From Nitrospirota bacterium (GTDB lineage: Bacteria; Nitrospirota; UBA9217), in contig CAVTRN010000002.1 of NCBI GenBank assembly GCA_963737155.1, positions 2,496,001 through 2,560,000 of the forward strand: 64,000 nucleotides of DNA, in the 5' to 3' direction. Both the position numbers and the translations under genes were made by a program. Below are positions 40,059 to 50,446 of the stretch, piece by piece; position 1 is the stretch's first letter; the number at the start of each line of letters is the position of its first letter. The notes beneath the pieces were generated by a model, which saw nothing but the letters and a program-made list of their open reading frames with translations, made no database searches and was not told the DNA's origin.

Positions 40059-41243
40059 ATGATCATTGCCTACTTCGACTGTTTTTCAGGCATTTCCGGA
40101 GATATGACGCTCGGCGCGCTCGTGGATGCAGGTGTCCCCATCGAAGCCCTGCGTGCGGAGCTTGAGAAACTCAGCGTTGCCGGATACGAGATCACCGCTC
40201 TGAATGTGATGCGTTCGGGTGTATCAGCAACAAAGGTGCATGTATGCCTTCAGGACAAGGAGCAGCCGGCACGACATCTGGCTGAGATCCTCAGGATCAT
40301 CGGTGACTCCTCGCTGTCTCCGGCCATTAAACAGAAAAGCACAAAGATCTTCGAACAGTTGGCGCGGGCCGAAGCCAAGGTTCACGGCACAACGTCGGAC
40401 CATATCCATTTCCATGAGGTCGGGGCTGTCGATGCGATTGTAGATATCGTCGGATCGGTCATCGGTCTTGATATGCTCGGCATCGATTCAATAGTTGGTT
40501 CTCCGATCAATCTCGGTTCGGGATTAATCACAACCGCTCACGGAACATTACCGGTACCTGCACCCGCCACTGCGGAGTTGCTCAAGGGCATTCCAACCTA
40601 CGGGTCTTCAATTCCCTTTGAGCTTACCACGCCCACTGGAGCCGTTATATTGAGTACTCTCTGCACTTCCTTTGGGCCTATGCCTCGCACGAAGTTGACC
40701 CGCATAGCGTATGGCGCGGGAGGAAAAGACATTGCGAGCCAGCCAAACGTGCTCAGGCTCATGATCGGTGAACAGACGGCCGGCTATGATGAAGATACTT
40801 CAGTGGTAATCGAGACCAATATTGACGACATGAACCCGCAGGTTTATGATTATCTGATAGAAAAGCTCATGCTACAGGGAGCTCATGACGTTTATCTCAC
40901 ACCTATTATTATGAAAAAAGGACGCCCGGCGATTCTGGTTTCGGTGCTCACCGATGCCGGTCAGACTGAAGCATTGTTGGATACCCTTTTTCGGGAAACA
41001 TCAAGCATCGGGGTCCGCATCCAAGAAGTCGGACGGAAAAAACTGATCCGCGAGATACAGGAAGTCAATACGCCCTACGGAAAAGTAAGGATTAAATTGA
41101 GCAGGCGGGGAAACGATATTCTTACGGCCACACCAGAGTACGAGGATTGCAGAAAATTAGCGGCAGAGAAACAAATGGCTCTCAAAACGATAATTGACGA
41201 GGCAAAAGCTTCATATTACCGCAAAGACATAAAGAAGAAGTGA
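40059..41243 (+). CDS. larC: Nickel pincer cofactor biosynthesis protein LarC
   Basis: DCFSGISGDM, HFHEVGA.D, ELTTPTGA, ETNIDD, MKKGRP, PEYEDC. Confidence 0.93.
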   Translation: MIIAYFDCFSGISGDMTLGALVDAGVPIEALRAELEKLSVAGYEITALNVMRSGVSATKVHVCLQDKEQPARHLAEILRIIGDSSLSPAIKQKSTKIFEQLARAEAKVHGTTSDHIHFHEVGAVDAIVDIVGSVIGLDMLGIDSIVGSPINLGSGLITTAHGTLPVPAPATAELLKGIPTYGSSIPFELTTPTGAVILSTLCTSFGPMPRTKLTRIAYGAGGKDIASQPNVLRLMIGEQTAGYDEDTSVVIETNIDDMNPQVYDYLIEKLMLQGAHDVYLTPIIMKKGRPAILVSVLTDAGQTEALLDTLFRETSSIGVRIQEVGRKKLIREIQEVNTPYGKVRIKLSRRGNDILTATPEYEDCRKLAAEKQMALKTIIDEAKASYYRKDIKKK

Positions 41244-41330
41244 AGAGGAAATCCGGGCAGGTGAAAAGTCACCCTTTTTTAAACATGTGAAGCAATTTTT
41301 TTTTGATTTCCATATCCAAACGAGACACTC

Positions 41331-43052
41331 ATGAGAACGATCCGCATATCCCTGGCCCAAATGAATCCGACCGTAGGCGACCTCAAGGGCAACCGGGACA
41401 AGATCATCGACTGCATCAACCGCGCCCGGAAAGTCGGCTCCGATATCGTCGCATTTCCCGAACTTGCACTGACAGGCTACCCACCCGAAGACCTGGTGTT
41501 GAAACCACAGTTTGTAAAAGACAATCTGCGGACACTCAAGCAGGTCGTCAAAGCGTCACGAGGGATCACCACCGTAGTCGGGTTTGTTGATTCCCGGGAG
41601 CATATCCATAATAGCGCGGCGATCATCCATAACGGCAAACTCACTCATGTCTATCATAAGATGCTGCTGCCGAATTACGGCGTTTTCGATGAGTACAGGT
41701 ATTTTAAGCCGGGCAAACGTTATCCCATCATCGCGGTCAAGGGCGTGAACATTGGTGTGAACATCTGTGAGGACATCTGGTACGCTGACGGCCCTGCCCG
41801 AACCCAGTCGCTGGCCGGCGCAGAAATCATACTCAACATAAACGGCTCCCCTTATCACAAGGGTAAAGGTTGGGAACGCCGGCATATGCTTGCCTCGCGT
41901 GCGGAAGAAAACAATGTTTACGTGGTCTATGCCAATATGGTGGGCGGCCAGGACGAGCTCGTTTTTGACGGTCACAGCATGATACTGAACCCCAGGGGTA
42001 AGCTGATTGCGTCGGGAAAGCAGTTTGAGGAAGATCTGCTTACCTGCGACCTCAAACTGCCGGGTAGATATAAGCATGTGGATCTGTCATCGGAGCAAAT
42101 TCTCGATGAGCATCGGGATTTCATTGACACCGTCGAGCTATCGGCCCGTCCAGCGGGGGATAGGAAACCTCTTCCCCCTATCCGAAGCATAAAACCTTAT
42201 CCCATGTGCGAAGAAGTCTATCATGCCCTTGTGCTCGGGACCAGAGATTATGTGAAAAAAACCGGATTCAAATCTGTGGTCATTGGGCTTTCAGGTGGAA
42301 TTGATTCGTCGCTGGTGGCAGCCATTGCTGTTGCAGCCATCGGGAGGGACAACGTCACCGGCGTGTTCATGCCGTCGCAATACAGTTCCGACCAAAGTCG
42401 TGAAGATGCTTCTGATCTAGCTGATCGCCTAGGCATCAAGATGCTTACCATCCCTATCCATCAGCCCTATCAGGCTTATCTGGAGACACTCCGCCTCGCA
42501 TTTACACACACGAAGCAGGACGTGACTGAAGAAAACCTTCAGGCCCGCATCCGTGGCAATATTCTCATGGCGCTCTCAAATAAATTTGGATGGCTCGTAC
42601 TCACTACCGGAAATAAGAGCGAAATGTCCACAGGCTATGCCACGCTCTACGGTGATATGGCCGGTGGCTTTGCCGTCATCAAGGATGTACCCAAGACCTT
42701 GGTCTACGATATCTGCAAATGCATCAATCGTCTTGCCAGGAAAATAATAGTCCCAAAACGCGTATTGACCAAGGCGCCAACTGCCGAACTCCGTCCGAAC
42801 CAGAAGGATAGCGATTCCCTGCCGGCATATCCCCTCCTGGATCCGATTCTGAAAGCCTATGTCGAGGATAACAAGGAATTCGAAGAAATGTTCAGGATGG
42901 GCTTTGACCGCAAAACCGTTGAGCGCGTGATCCGCCTTGTGGACACCAGCGAGTACAAGCGCCGCCAAGCGCCGCCGGGCGTCAAGATAACGCCGCGCAG
43001 CCTCGGTAAAGACAGACGCTTTCCGATAACAAATCGGTATAAAAGCTTTTAA
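41331..43052 (+). CDS. nadE: Glutamine-dependent NAD+ synthetase
   Basis: Nitrilase domain (FPEL, LPNYGVFDE, ICEDIW) plus SGGIDS, ENLQARIRG, TGNKSE. Confidence 0.96.
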   Translation: MRTIRISLAQMNPTVGDLKGNRDKIIDCINRARKVGSDIVAFPELALTGYPPEDLVLKPQFVKDNLRTLKQVVKASRGITTVVGFVDSREHIHNSAAIIHNGKLTHVYHKMLLPNYGVFDEYRYFKPGKRYPIIAVKGVNIGVNICEDIWYADGPARTQSLAGAEIILNINGSPYHKGKGWERRHMLASRAEENNVYVVYANMVGGQDELVFDGHSMILNPRGKLIASGKQFEEDLLTCDLKLPGRYKHVDLSSEQILDEHRDFIDTVELSARPAGDRKPLPPIRSIKPYPMCEEVYHALVLGTRDYVKKTGFKSVVIGLSGGIDSSLVAAIAVAAIGRDNVTGVFMPSQYSSDQSREDASDLADRLGIKMLTIPIHQPYQAYLETLRLAFTHTKQDVTEENLQARIRGNILMALSNKFGWLVLTTGNKSEMSTGYATLYGDMAGGFAVIKDVPKTLVYDICKCINRLARKIIVPKRVLTKAPTAELRPNQKDSDSLPAYPLLDPILKAYVEDNKEFEEMFRMGFDRKTVERVIRLVDTSEYKRRQAPPGVKITPRSLGKDRRFPITNRYKSF

Positions 43053-43102
43053 TACCGAGGCAGGAACGGTATATATTTCACTTGCTGCTTGATAAGTGAC
43101 CA

Positions 43103-43930
43103 ATGCCCACAGGCACTCTCTACATAGTAGCCACTCCCATCGGGAACCTCGAAGACATCACTCTCCGCGCGATCCGTGTCCTGAAAGAAGTCGATCTTAT
43201 CGCAGCCGAGGACACCCGACATACCAAGCACCTTCTCGATCGCTATGAGATTGAGACGCAGATTACGAGTTACCACGATCACAACAAGGAAGAAAAAGCA
43301 CCCGTGCTCATTGCGCGCATACAAGACGGAAACAACGTGGCGCTCGTATCCGACGCAGGTACGCCCGGCATCTCCGACCCCGGCTATTTTCTCATAAACC
43401 TCGCCATAGACCGGAATATATCCGTAGTCCCGATCCCTGGCGCAACCGCCGCCATCGCGGCGCTTTCGGTTTCCGGAATGCCCACAGACAACTTCATATT
43501 CGAAGGATTCTTTCCAGCCAAGCATCAAGGCCGGATCAGGCGGCTCAAGGAACTTGCCAAAGAAGAGCGTACCATCATTTTCTACGAGGCACCACATAGA
43601 ATAATCAGGACTATGAAAGACATGATCGAAGTATTCGGCGACCGTCGTGCAGTCATCACCCGTGAATTGACCAAGATTCATGAGGAGACTATACGGGGAA
43701 CGCTCCCAGAAATTCTGGTGCATCTTCAGACTGGATCGATCAAAGGTGAGTTTACGATCATACTGCACGGCGCTTCAACAAAACCACTGCAGCAGGACGT
43801 AGACGCTGCCGAATATCTTAAAAACCTCATGCTCCATCGTGGATTGAGCAAAAAAGAAGCTATTTCCACCGCAGCGGAGGAGTTGGGAATGCCCAAGAAG
43901 GACGTTTATAAGGAAAGTTTGAAGCTCTGA
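43103..43930 (+). CDS. rsmI: 16S rRNA (C1402) 2'-O-methyltransferase
   Basis: VATPIGNLEDIT, AEDTR, SDAGTPGISDPG, RELTKIHEE. Confidence 0.95.
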   Translation: MPTGTLYIVATPIGNLEDITLRAIRVLKEVDLIAAEDTRHTKHLLDRYEIETQITSYHDHNKEEKAPVLIARIQDGNNVALVSDAGTPGISDPGYFLINLAIDRNISVVPIPGATAAIAALSVSGMPTDNFIFEGFFPAKHQGRIRRLKELAKEERTIIFYEAPHRIIRTMKDMIEVFGDRRAVITRELTKIHEETIRGTLPEILVHLQTGSIKGEFTIILHGASTKPLQQDVDAAEYLKNLMLHRGLSKKEAISTAAEELGMPKKDVYKESLKL

Positions 43931-44252
43931 CCGGAAAATGGTTCTTTTTGCGGTCTTTGCAAATACTAATGCGCTGCCAATGGCCGCCATTGTCTGCAGA
44001 CCAGCTCTTTAGCCCTCATCTTTAGCAAGCATGTCAGAGAGACGGTCATTTGTCCCATGTCACACTAATTCAATATTTATCTGGTTGTCGTGTAAACAGC
44101 GCCTTATATTCCCACCCTGAAGAGTGATAATAGGGCATCCAGATGGCATGCGTTATTTTTTGCCTGTCGAAATGAATGCGGTTTCTAATTCATCGTTGGC
44201 ATAAGTTCCTGCTCTTTTGAAGCGATGTGAACTCCCATATAGTGAGGTTCCT

Positions 44253-45377
44253 ATGTCTAAAGTGTATTATTCCACCGCCCGCACCCTTCGCTGGGACTAC
44301 AATCACAGTATTCCTGGCAAACTCGAAGCAATGCTCGATAAGATGAGTTTCTCAGCCCGCTACAAAGAGGACGAATGGGTCGCGATCAAAACCCATTGGG
44401 GATCGCAGGGTGCCTTCAGAATCGTGCCGCCAGTCATGATCCGGAAGGTGGTGGAAGCAGTGCAGAATGTCGGGGCAAAACCCTTTGTCACGGACACGGT
44501 CAGGATAACGGGATTGAATTATCTCGAGGTTGCCAATCAGAATGGGCTGAACCACCTTTCCTGTGGAGCGCCGCTCGTTCTGGCCGATGGACTCTACGGC
44601 AAGGACAGCATCCTCGTCAAAGCGGGCCCTATCCTCGGAGAAATAGCCGTTGCCTCGGCGATCCATGACGTGCCTGCCATGGTTGTCTGCTCCCACACTA
44701 AAGGCCACATCAACTCCGGTTATGCCGGTGCTCTTAAGAACCTTGCTATGGGTTGCGTGAGTTCCCGTCATCGCACCCAGGGCTGGGAAAAGGGCCGCGG
44801 TGGCATGCACTGCCACGGAGAAATGGGACTTCAGTGGAACCCCGAAATCTGCACCTTCTGTGAACAGTGTAAAAACATCTGCCCGCTCCACGCAATCGAT
44901 TTCGCGAAAGGTACCTTTGTCTTGGATCAGAACAGTTGCTGGCACTGCGGTCGATGCAGCCGGGTGTGCCAGGAAGGCGCGCTCACCCTTCCCCAGGATG
45001 ATGTAACGTTCCAAAAAAGTCTCGCAGAGGCAGCGTCAGCCGTGCTTTCAACATTCAAAAAAGGCAAGGTCATATATGTTAACTTCCTCTTCGAAATTCA
45101 GCCCGAGTGCGACTGCATGCCCGTAGCCGACGTGCCGGTTGTCCAGGACCAGGGCATCATGATCTCCGACGACGTCGTTGCAATCGAACAGGCCTCTCTC
45201 GACATGATTAAAACCGCCTTTCCCCTGCCTCAATCAGCGGCCGAAGACATGAAGCTGAAACCGGGAGATGACATTCTAGCGAAGCTCAACCCCCGTCCCA
45301 TGCATATTCAAATCGAAGAAGCGGAGAGATTGGGGTTGGGAACGAGGAGTTACGAGCTGGTGCGAATAGTACCATAA
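44253..45377 (+). CDS. DUF362 family protein with a 2x[4Fe-4S] ferredoxin insert
   Basis: KTHWG, SHTKGH, GALKNLAMG, two CxxCxxCxxxC, PECDC. Confidence 0.85.
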   Translation: MSKVYYSTARTLRWDYNHSIPGKLEAMLDKMSFSARYKEDEWVAIKTHWGSQGAFRIVPPVMIRKVVEAVQNVGAKPFVTDTVRITGLNYLEVANQNGLNHLSCGAPLVLADGLYGKDSILVKAGPILGEIAVASAIHDVPAMVVCSHTKGHINSGYAGALKNLAMGCVSSRHRTQGWEKGRGGMHCHGEMGLQWNPEICTFCEQCKNICPLHAIDFAKGTFVLDQNSCWHCGRCSRVCQEGALTLPQDDVTFQKSLAEAASAVLSTFKKGKVIYVNFLFEIQPECDCMPVADVPVVQDQGIMISDDVVAIEQASLDMIKTAFPLPQSAAEDMKLKPGDDILAKLNPRPMHIQIEEAERLGLGTRSYELVRIVP

Positions 45378-45560
45378 AAAACAGTAAACAGCAGATTGCA
45401 AATGATTAACAGTAGAAGCATATACGGGAAGAGAATATGGCACCTGCTCGTTTTCTAATACCTTTTGCCTCCTGCTTTTCAAATGTGCTATACTCTAGCA
45501 TGATTTTCTTATCCGCCAGCTACTATCCGCTGTCTACTTCCTTGAAGGAGTCTCCCTCTC

Positions 45561-46982
45561 ATGCATAAACGCACAAAGATCATTGCCACCATCGGCCCGG
45601 CATCAAGCTCTCCAACAATCATCGCAAAACTTATCCATGCCGGCATGGATGCCGCGCGGTTGAACTTTTCCCATGGGGACTGGGATGACCATACCAAACG
45701 CGTGAGGTTCATCCGGCGTGAGGCGGAAAAGGCAGGAAAACAGATTGCAATCATCCAAGACCTGCAGGGTCCGAAGCTTCGCATAGGCATAATAAAAAAC
45801 GATGTAGTCATGCTCAGGCGAGCAGAAGAGATTTCACTGACCACGCGCAAAGTTCTCGGCACGAACCAGATTATCTCCGTTACCTACCCTCAACTTACGA
45901 AATCCTTGAAACCCGGAGACCGAGTGCTTCTGGATGACGGCAGACTCAAACTCGAAGTGATCAGGAAGATCGCATACGGCCTACGTTGCAAGGTTGTCAA
46001 TGGCGGCTTGCTCGGGAGCCACAAGGGAGTGAACCTGCCGGGCGCCTCGCTTGCACTTCCCTCGCTCTCTCCGAAAGACAGGGACGACCTCCGTTTCGGC
46101 ATCGCGCGAGGCGTGGATTATATCGCTCTTTCCTTCGTGCGCAAGGCCGCCGACATCGAAGCCGTCCGTCTCTTCCTTCAAGCACACGGGGGCGACATCC
46201 CGATCATCGCGAAAATCGAAAAACCCGAAGCTGTTCAAAACCTTGAGGAGATTATCGAGGCGGCCGACGGGATCATGGTGGCGCGCGGTGACCTAGGTGT
46301 GGAAATGTCCCCGGAGCAGGTGCCTTTGCTTCAGAAAAAAATCATCGAGGCTTGTAACCAGGCCGAAAAGCCGGTAATAACGGCCACCCAGATGCTCGAA
46401 AGTATGATCGAGAACCCCCAACCTACTCGTGCTGAGGCGTCGGATGTGGCGAATGCTATCCTCGACGGCACGGACTGCGTCATGCTTTCCGGTGAAACCG
46501 CTATAGGTAAATACCCTGTCCAAGCCGTCGAAGTCATGACGAGAATCGCAATTCAGGCGGAAACCTCTGTTCGTCCCCGGCAACCCAACTCCGATCTCTC
46601 CGGCACTGATGAAAGCGTGGCCCATGCATCCTGCAAGGCAGCCGAGGAGCAGAAGGCGAGGGCGATCGTGACCTTCACCCAATCCGGATCGACCGCCCTC
46701 CTGGTCTCTAAGCATCGTCCCACCGTGGACATCATCGCTGCAACTCCCTTTGACGTGGTTGCGCGCAAAATCTCGCTCTACTGGGGAGTGACCCCCATTA
46801 TCCTGAAAACAAGGCGCACAACTGACAGCATGATTGCTAGTGTCGAGCGCGCTATGCGCTACCGCAGACTCGTCAAGTTGAGAGATCTGATTGTAATAAC
46901 TGCTGGTGTGCCCGTCGGTGTAGCCGGGAGCACGAACATGATGAAGATCCACCGTGTTGGTGAAGACCAGTGCCTGGAATAG
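45561..46982 (+). CDS. pyk: Pyruvate kinase
   Basis: TKIIATIGP, RLNFSHG, DLQGPK, AKIE, MVARGDLGVE, MLSGETA. Confidence 0.97.
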   Translation: MHKRTKIIATIGPASSSPTIIAKLIHAGMDAARLNFSHGDWDDHTKRVRFIRREAEKAGKQIAIIQDLQGPKLRIGIIKNDVVMLRRAEEISLTTRKVLGTNQIISVTYPQLTKSLKPGDRVLLDDGRLKLEVIRKIAYGLRCKVVNGGLLGSHKGVNLPGASLALPSLSPKDRDDLRFGIARGVDYIALSFVRKAADIEAVRLFLQAHGGDIPIIAKIEKPEAVQNLEEIIEAADGIMVARGDLGVEMSPEQVPLLQKKIIEACNQAEKPVITATQMLESMIENPQPTRAEASDVANAILDGTDCVMLSGETAIGKYPVQAVEVMTRIAIQAETSVRPRQPNSDLSGTDESVAHASCKAAEEQKARAIVTFTQSGSTALLVSKHRPTVDIIAATPFDVVARKISLYWGVTPIILKTRRTTDSMIASVERAMRYRRLVKLRDLIVITAGVPVGVAGSTNMMKIHRVGEDQCLE

Positions 46983-47159
46983 CGGTAACTGGCCTTCGTT
47001 CTGCCATGCATCATGCGAAATCCAACATCAGCCATGGATTTTCAATCGCTGACCGTTGCAATCTTATGTAGCAATTCTGAAGGCAAACCTGCTCTTCAGG
47101 TCTGAAGAAATCTTATTTTTTTAGATTTTCTCGGATCAGAGTGCTATAATATCCCTCAT

Positions 47160-49298
47160 ATGGAAAATATTTCCACCACCTGTCCCTGGTGCGGTTGTGG
47201 CTGCGGTCTATACCTCCATGTCGAAAATAACCTCATCATTGGCGTTTCACCGAGTCGCAACCACCCAGTTAATCAAGGCACGCTGTGCGTCAAAGGATGG
47301 AACTGCCATGAGTTTGTCCATCATCCTGACCGACTGATCACGCCCCTGCTCAAGGACAGCAAAACAGTCTTCCGCAGGGCGACGTGGGATGAGGCGCTGG
47401 GAGTGACCGCCACGCGGATGTCTGATATCAAAAAGAAGTATGGCCCCGATGCAATCGGCGTACTCGGCTCCGCCAAATGTACGAATGAAGATAACTTCGT
47501 GCTTATGAAGTTCGCCCGTGCAGTCATTGGCACGAACAATGTGGATCACTGCGCGAGACTCTGTCACTCCTCCACCGTAGGCGGTCTGGCTGCCGCGTTC
47601 GGTTCCGGCGCCATGACCAATTCCATCGACGAGATCCGGGACGCACGGGTCATTTTCGTAATCGGTTCAAATACCACAGAACAGCATCCCATGATCGGCA
47701 TGCACATGCTCGAAGCTAGGGACCGCGGCGCGATCATCATCGTGGCCGATCCACGACGCACGCAAATTGCTATGTTTAGCCACCTCCATATGCGCCATAA
47801 AAGCGGCACCGATGTGGCGCTGTTGAACGCTATGATGCACGTGATCATAACCGAGGGCCTTGTTGATCTTTCCTTTATCCGGCAGCGCACCGAAAACTTT
47901 GATGACTTCGAAAATCGCGTTCTGGCTTATCCGCCGGACGTCGCCGAGCGGATTACCTCGGTTCCTGCTGAGGATATACGCAAAGCGGCTCGTCTCTATG
48001 CCTCGGAAAAACGCTCCATGCTTTTTTATTCCATGGGAATCACCCAGCACATAACGGGCGTAGACAATGTGCGTTCCTGCGCCAACCTCGTGATGCTGAC
48101 CGCCCATATTGGCCAACCCATGACGGGATTGAACCCGCTGCGCGGCCAGAACAATGTGCAGGGGGCCTGCGATGTAGGCGCCTTGCCCGATGTCTATTCC
48201 GGCTACCAGAAGGTCGCCGACCCCACTGCGCGGAAGAAATTCGAGCTCGCATGGTCGAGGCCCCTGCCCGAGAAGCGCGGGCTTACGCTCACGGAAATGA
48301 TCGACGCCATCCATGAGAACCGCATTCGCGCGCTCTATATCATGGGCGAAAATCCTATAGTGTCCGATCCCGATGCTGCGCATGTGAAGGACGCATTTGC
48401 GAAGCTTGAATTTCTGGTGGTCCAAGACGTTTTCCCCACCGACACCGCGGAATACGCTCATGTGATCCTGCCCGCCGCTTCGTTCGCGGAAAAGGATGGT
48501 ACCTTCACCAATACCGAACGGCGAGTGCAGAAAATCAGAAAAGCCGTTCCGCCAGTGGGCGAGTCCAAACCCGATTATGAGATAATCTGCAGCCTAGCGA
48601 AGCTCATGGGCTATCCCATGGATTACCGCGCCGCCCATGAAATCATGGAGGAGATCGCTATCCTTACGCCATCGTACGGGGGCATCCTTCACCACCGCCT
48701 CGACTCGGGATTCGGTCTCCAGTGGCCCTGTTTCGGCATGGACCATCCCGGCACGCCCTATTTGCACAGGAAAAAATTCGCCCGAGGCATGGGCGCGTTC
48801 ATTCCCGTCGAGTTCATTCCGCCGGCCGAACCGACAGACAGTGAATATCCCTTTATCCTGACCACGGGCAGAAGCTATTTTCACTACCACACCGGCACCA
48901 TGTGCAGGCGAACTATTACACTTGAACGGGAAGAGCCTGAGTGCACCGTAGAGATCAATCCCATCGACGCAGAGCGGATCGAAATCCGGCCGAACGATCC
49001 GGTGCGGGTCAAATCCCGCCGCGGCAGCATTGAAGTGAAAGCCCGGGTTACCGCGACCGTCCCGGAGGGCATCATTTTTATCCCCTTCCACTTCCGGGAA
49101 GCGGCAGCGAACCTGCTTACAATTAATGCGGTCGATCCGAATGCCAAGATCCCGGAATTCAAGGTCTGTGCAGTGGCGGTCGAGGCCGTCAGAAGCAGGC
49201 CCGGCACACGCCAGCGACCGAGAATCGGCTATTATGAAGGAATGCGAATCGGTCTCGATCTCTATATTCCTCCCGAGGAAATGGTCCCGAAAAAGTAA
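47160..49298 (+). CDS. fdhA: Cytoplasmic Mo/W-bisPGD formate dehydrogenase alpha subunit (Cys-type)
   Basis: CPWCGCGC..C, DHCARLCHS, LRGQNNVQGACD, AEKDGTFTNTERR; no Tat signal. Confidence 0.92.
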   Translation: MENISTTCPWCGCGCGLYLHVENNLIIGVSPSRNHPVNQGTLCVKGWNCHEFVHHPDRLITPLLKDSKTVFRRATWDEALGVTATRMSDIKKKYGPDAIGVLGSAKCTNEDNFVLMKFARAVIGTNNVDHCARLCHSSTVGGLAAAFGSGAMTNSIDEIRDARVIFVIGSNTTEQHPMIGMHMLEARDRGAIIIVADPRRTQIAMFSHLHMRHKSGTDVALLNAMMHVIITEGLVDLSFIRQRTENFDDFENRVLAYPPDVAERITSVPAEDIRKAARLYASEKRSMLFYSMGITQHITGVDNVRSCANLVMLTAHIGQPMTGLNPLRGQNNVQGACDVGALPDVYSGYQKVADPTARKKFELAWSRPLPEKRGLTLTEMIDAIHENRIRALYIMGENPIVSDPDAAHVKDAFAKLEFLVVQDVFPTDTAEYAHVILPAASFAEKDGTFTNTERRVQKIRKAVPPVGESKPDYEIICSLAKLMGYPMDYRAAHEIMEEIAILTPSYGGILHHRLDSGFGLQWPCFGMDHPGTPYLHRKKFARGMGAFIPVEFIPPAEPTDSEYPFILTTGRSYFHYHTGTMCRRTITLEREEPECTVEINPIDAERIEIRPNDPVRVKSRRGSIEVKARVTATVPEGIIFIPFHFREAAANLLTINAVDPNAKIPEFKVCAVAVEAVRSRPGTRQRPRIGYYEGMRIGLDLYIPPEEMVPKK

Positions 49299-49306
49299 AA
49301 AAGCAT

Positions 49307-50344
49307 ATGGTCGAAATGTACGTTCTCAATAAGAACCACCTTTCTTTCTGGCTCCGCAAGCTCAAGACCTCCCATGAGCTGATCGCGCCAGTGCGGGACG
49401 TTTCGGGCGACATTGTTCTCACCGAACTGTCACGCATGCACGAGACCGCTCTCGACGGCCCCGCTCTTATGCCTTCGCCCAAGGAATACCTGCTTCCACA
49501 AATGGAACAGCTCTTCTGCTACTCCGCGGAGGGTATTGAAGAGGCGTTCAATAAACGGCCGCGGGTACTCTTCGGCATCAGGCCCTGCGACCTCTCGGCC
49601 ATCAGGATCCTCGATATCTTTTATCTGGGGAAAACGGCGGATGCCTACTATGCATCGCGGCGCAGCAGGACTTCTTTGATCTCAATTGCCTGCAACCAGC
49701 CAGATCCTACCTGTTTCTGCCTCGGTCTTGGGACCGGACCGTTCCTGAAATCGGGATTTGATCTGCAGCTTACCGACCTTGGTGAACGTTTCCTGGTCGA
49801 AACTGGATCGGAAGCAGGGCAGGCCCTGATCAGGGATTTTCCACACATCTTTACTCAGCCTGTTCAAACAGATAGCGAGGATTTATACGAAACCCGCCTT
49901 GCATCGCAGAGTCGCTTTGAAAAACACGTCAACCTCGAGCACGTACGCAGGAAAATTCAAGCAGGCGTGGTGAGCGATGCATTTTGGGAAACGGTGTCCG
50001 TCCGCTGTTTCGAGTGCGGTGGCTGCGTCTATAACTGTCCGGTATGTACCTGCTTCAACGTCATCGACCGGCCCGTGGCGCCCGACTCTGGTAAGCGCAT
50101 CAGAATCTGGGATACCTGCATGTTCAAGGGGTTTTCGCGCATGGCAGGCGGCGTGGTGCCCGCGGAAATAAAAATAAACCGCACCAAGCGGTGGTTCCAT
50201 CACAAGCTTCTTCACTGGCCCGAACAGTTCGGGACTTTCGGGTGCGTGGGCTGCGGACGCTGCGCAATCTCCTGTCCAGGGAAAATCGATATGGCCACAG
50301 TGGCGCTCAGGATCAAAGGCGCGGACCAGGTGGAAGAAAGATAA
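49307..50344 (+). CDS. AsrA / sulfhydrogenase-beta-like Fe-S subunit
   Basis: SPKEYLLP, GIRPCD, CFC, CFECGGC...CPVCTCF, CVGCGRC...CP. Confidence 0.88.
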   Translation: MVEMYVLNKNHLSFWLRKLKTSHELIAPVRDVSGDIVLTELSRMHETALDGPALMPSPKEYLLPQMEQLFCYSAEGIEEAFNKRPRVLFGIRPCDLSAIRILDIFYLGKTADAYYASRRSRTSLISIACNQPDPTCFCLGLGTGPFLKSGFDLQLTDLGERFLVETGSEAGQALIRDFPHIFTQPVQTDSEDLYETRLASQSRFEKHVNLEHVRRKIQAGVVSDAFWETVSVRCFECGGCVYNCPVCTCFNVIDRPVAPDSGKRIRIWDTCMFKGFSRMAGGVVPAEIKINRTKRWFHHKLLHWPEQFGTFGCVGCGRCAISCPGKIDMATVALRIKGADQVEER

Positions 50345-50446
50345 CCTTACACGTAACGCGCAAAGCAGGGCGTTTGCTCGGCGAAACGGCTCTGTTGTTT
50401 TTTCCGTTTTCGCTATGCCCTGTGCATTAGCAGCAATCATATTACT

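Noticed and set aside
47545-47575. Selenocysteine at the FdhA active site
   Set aside because: The codon is TGT (Cys) in CARLCH; there is no in-frame TGA.
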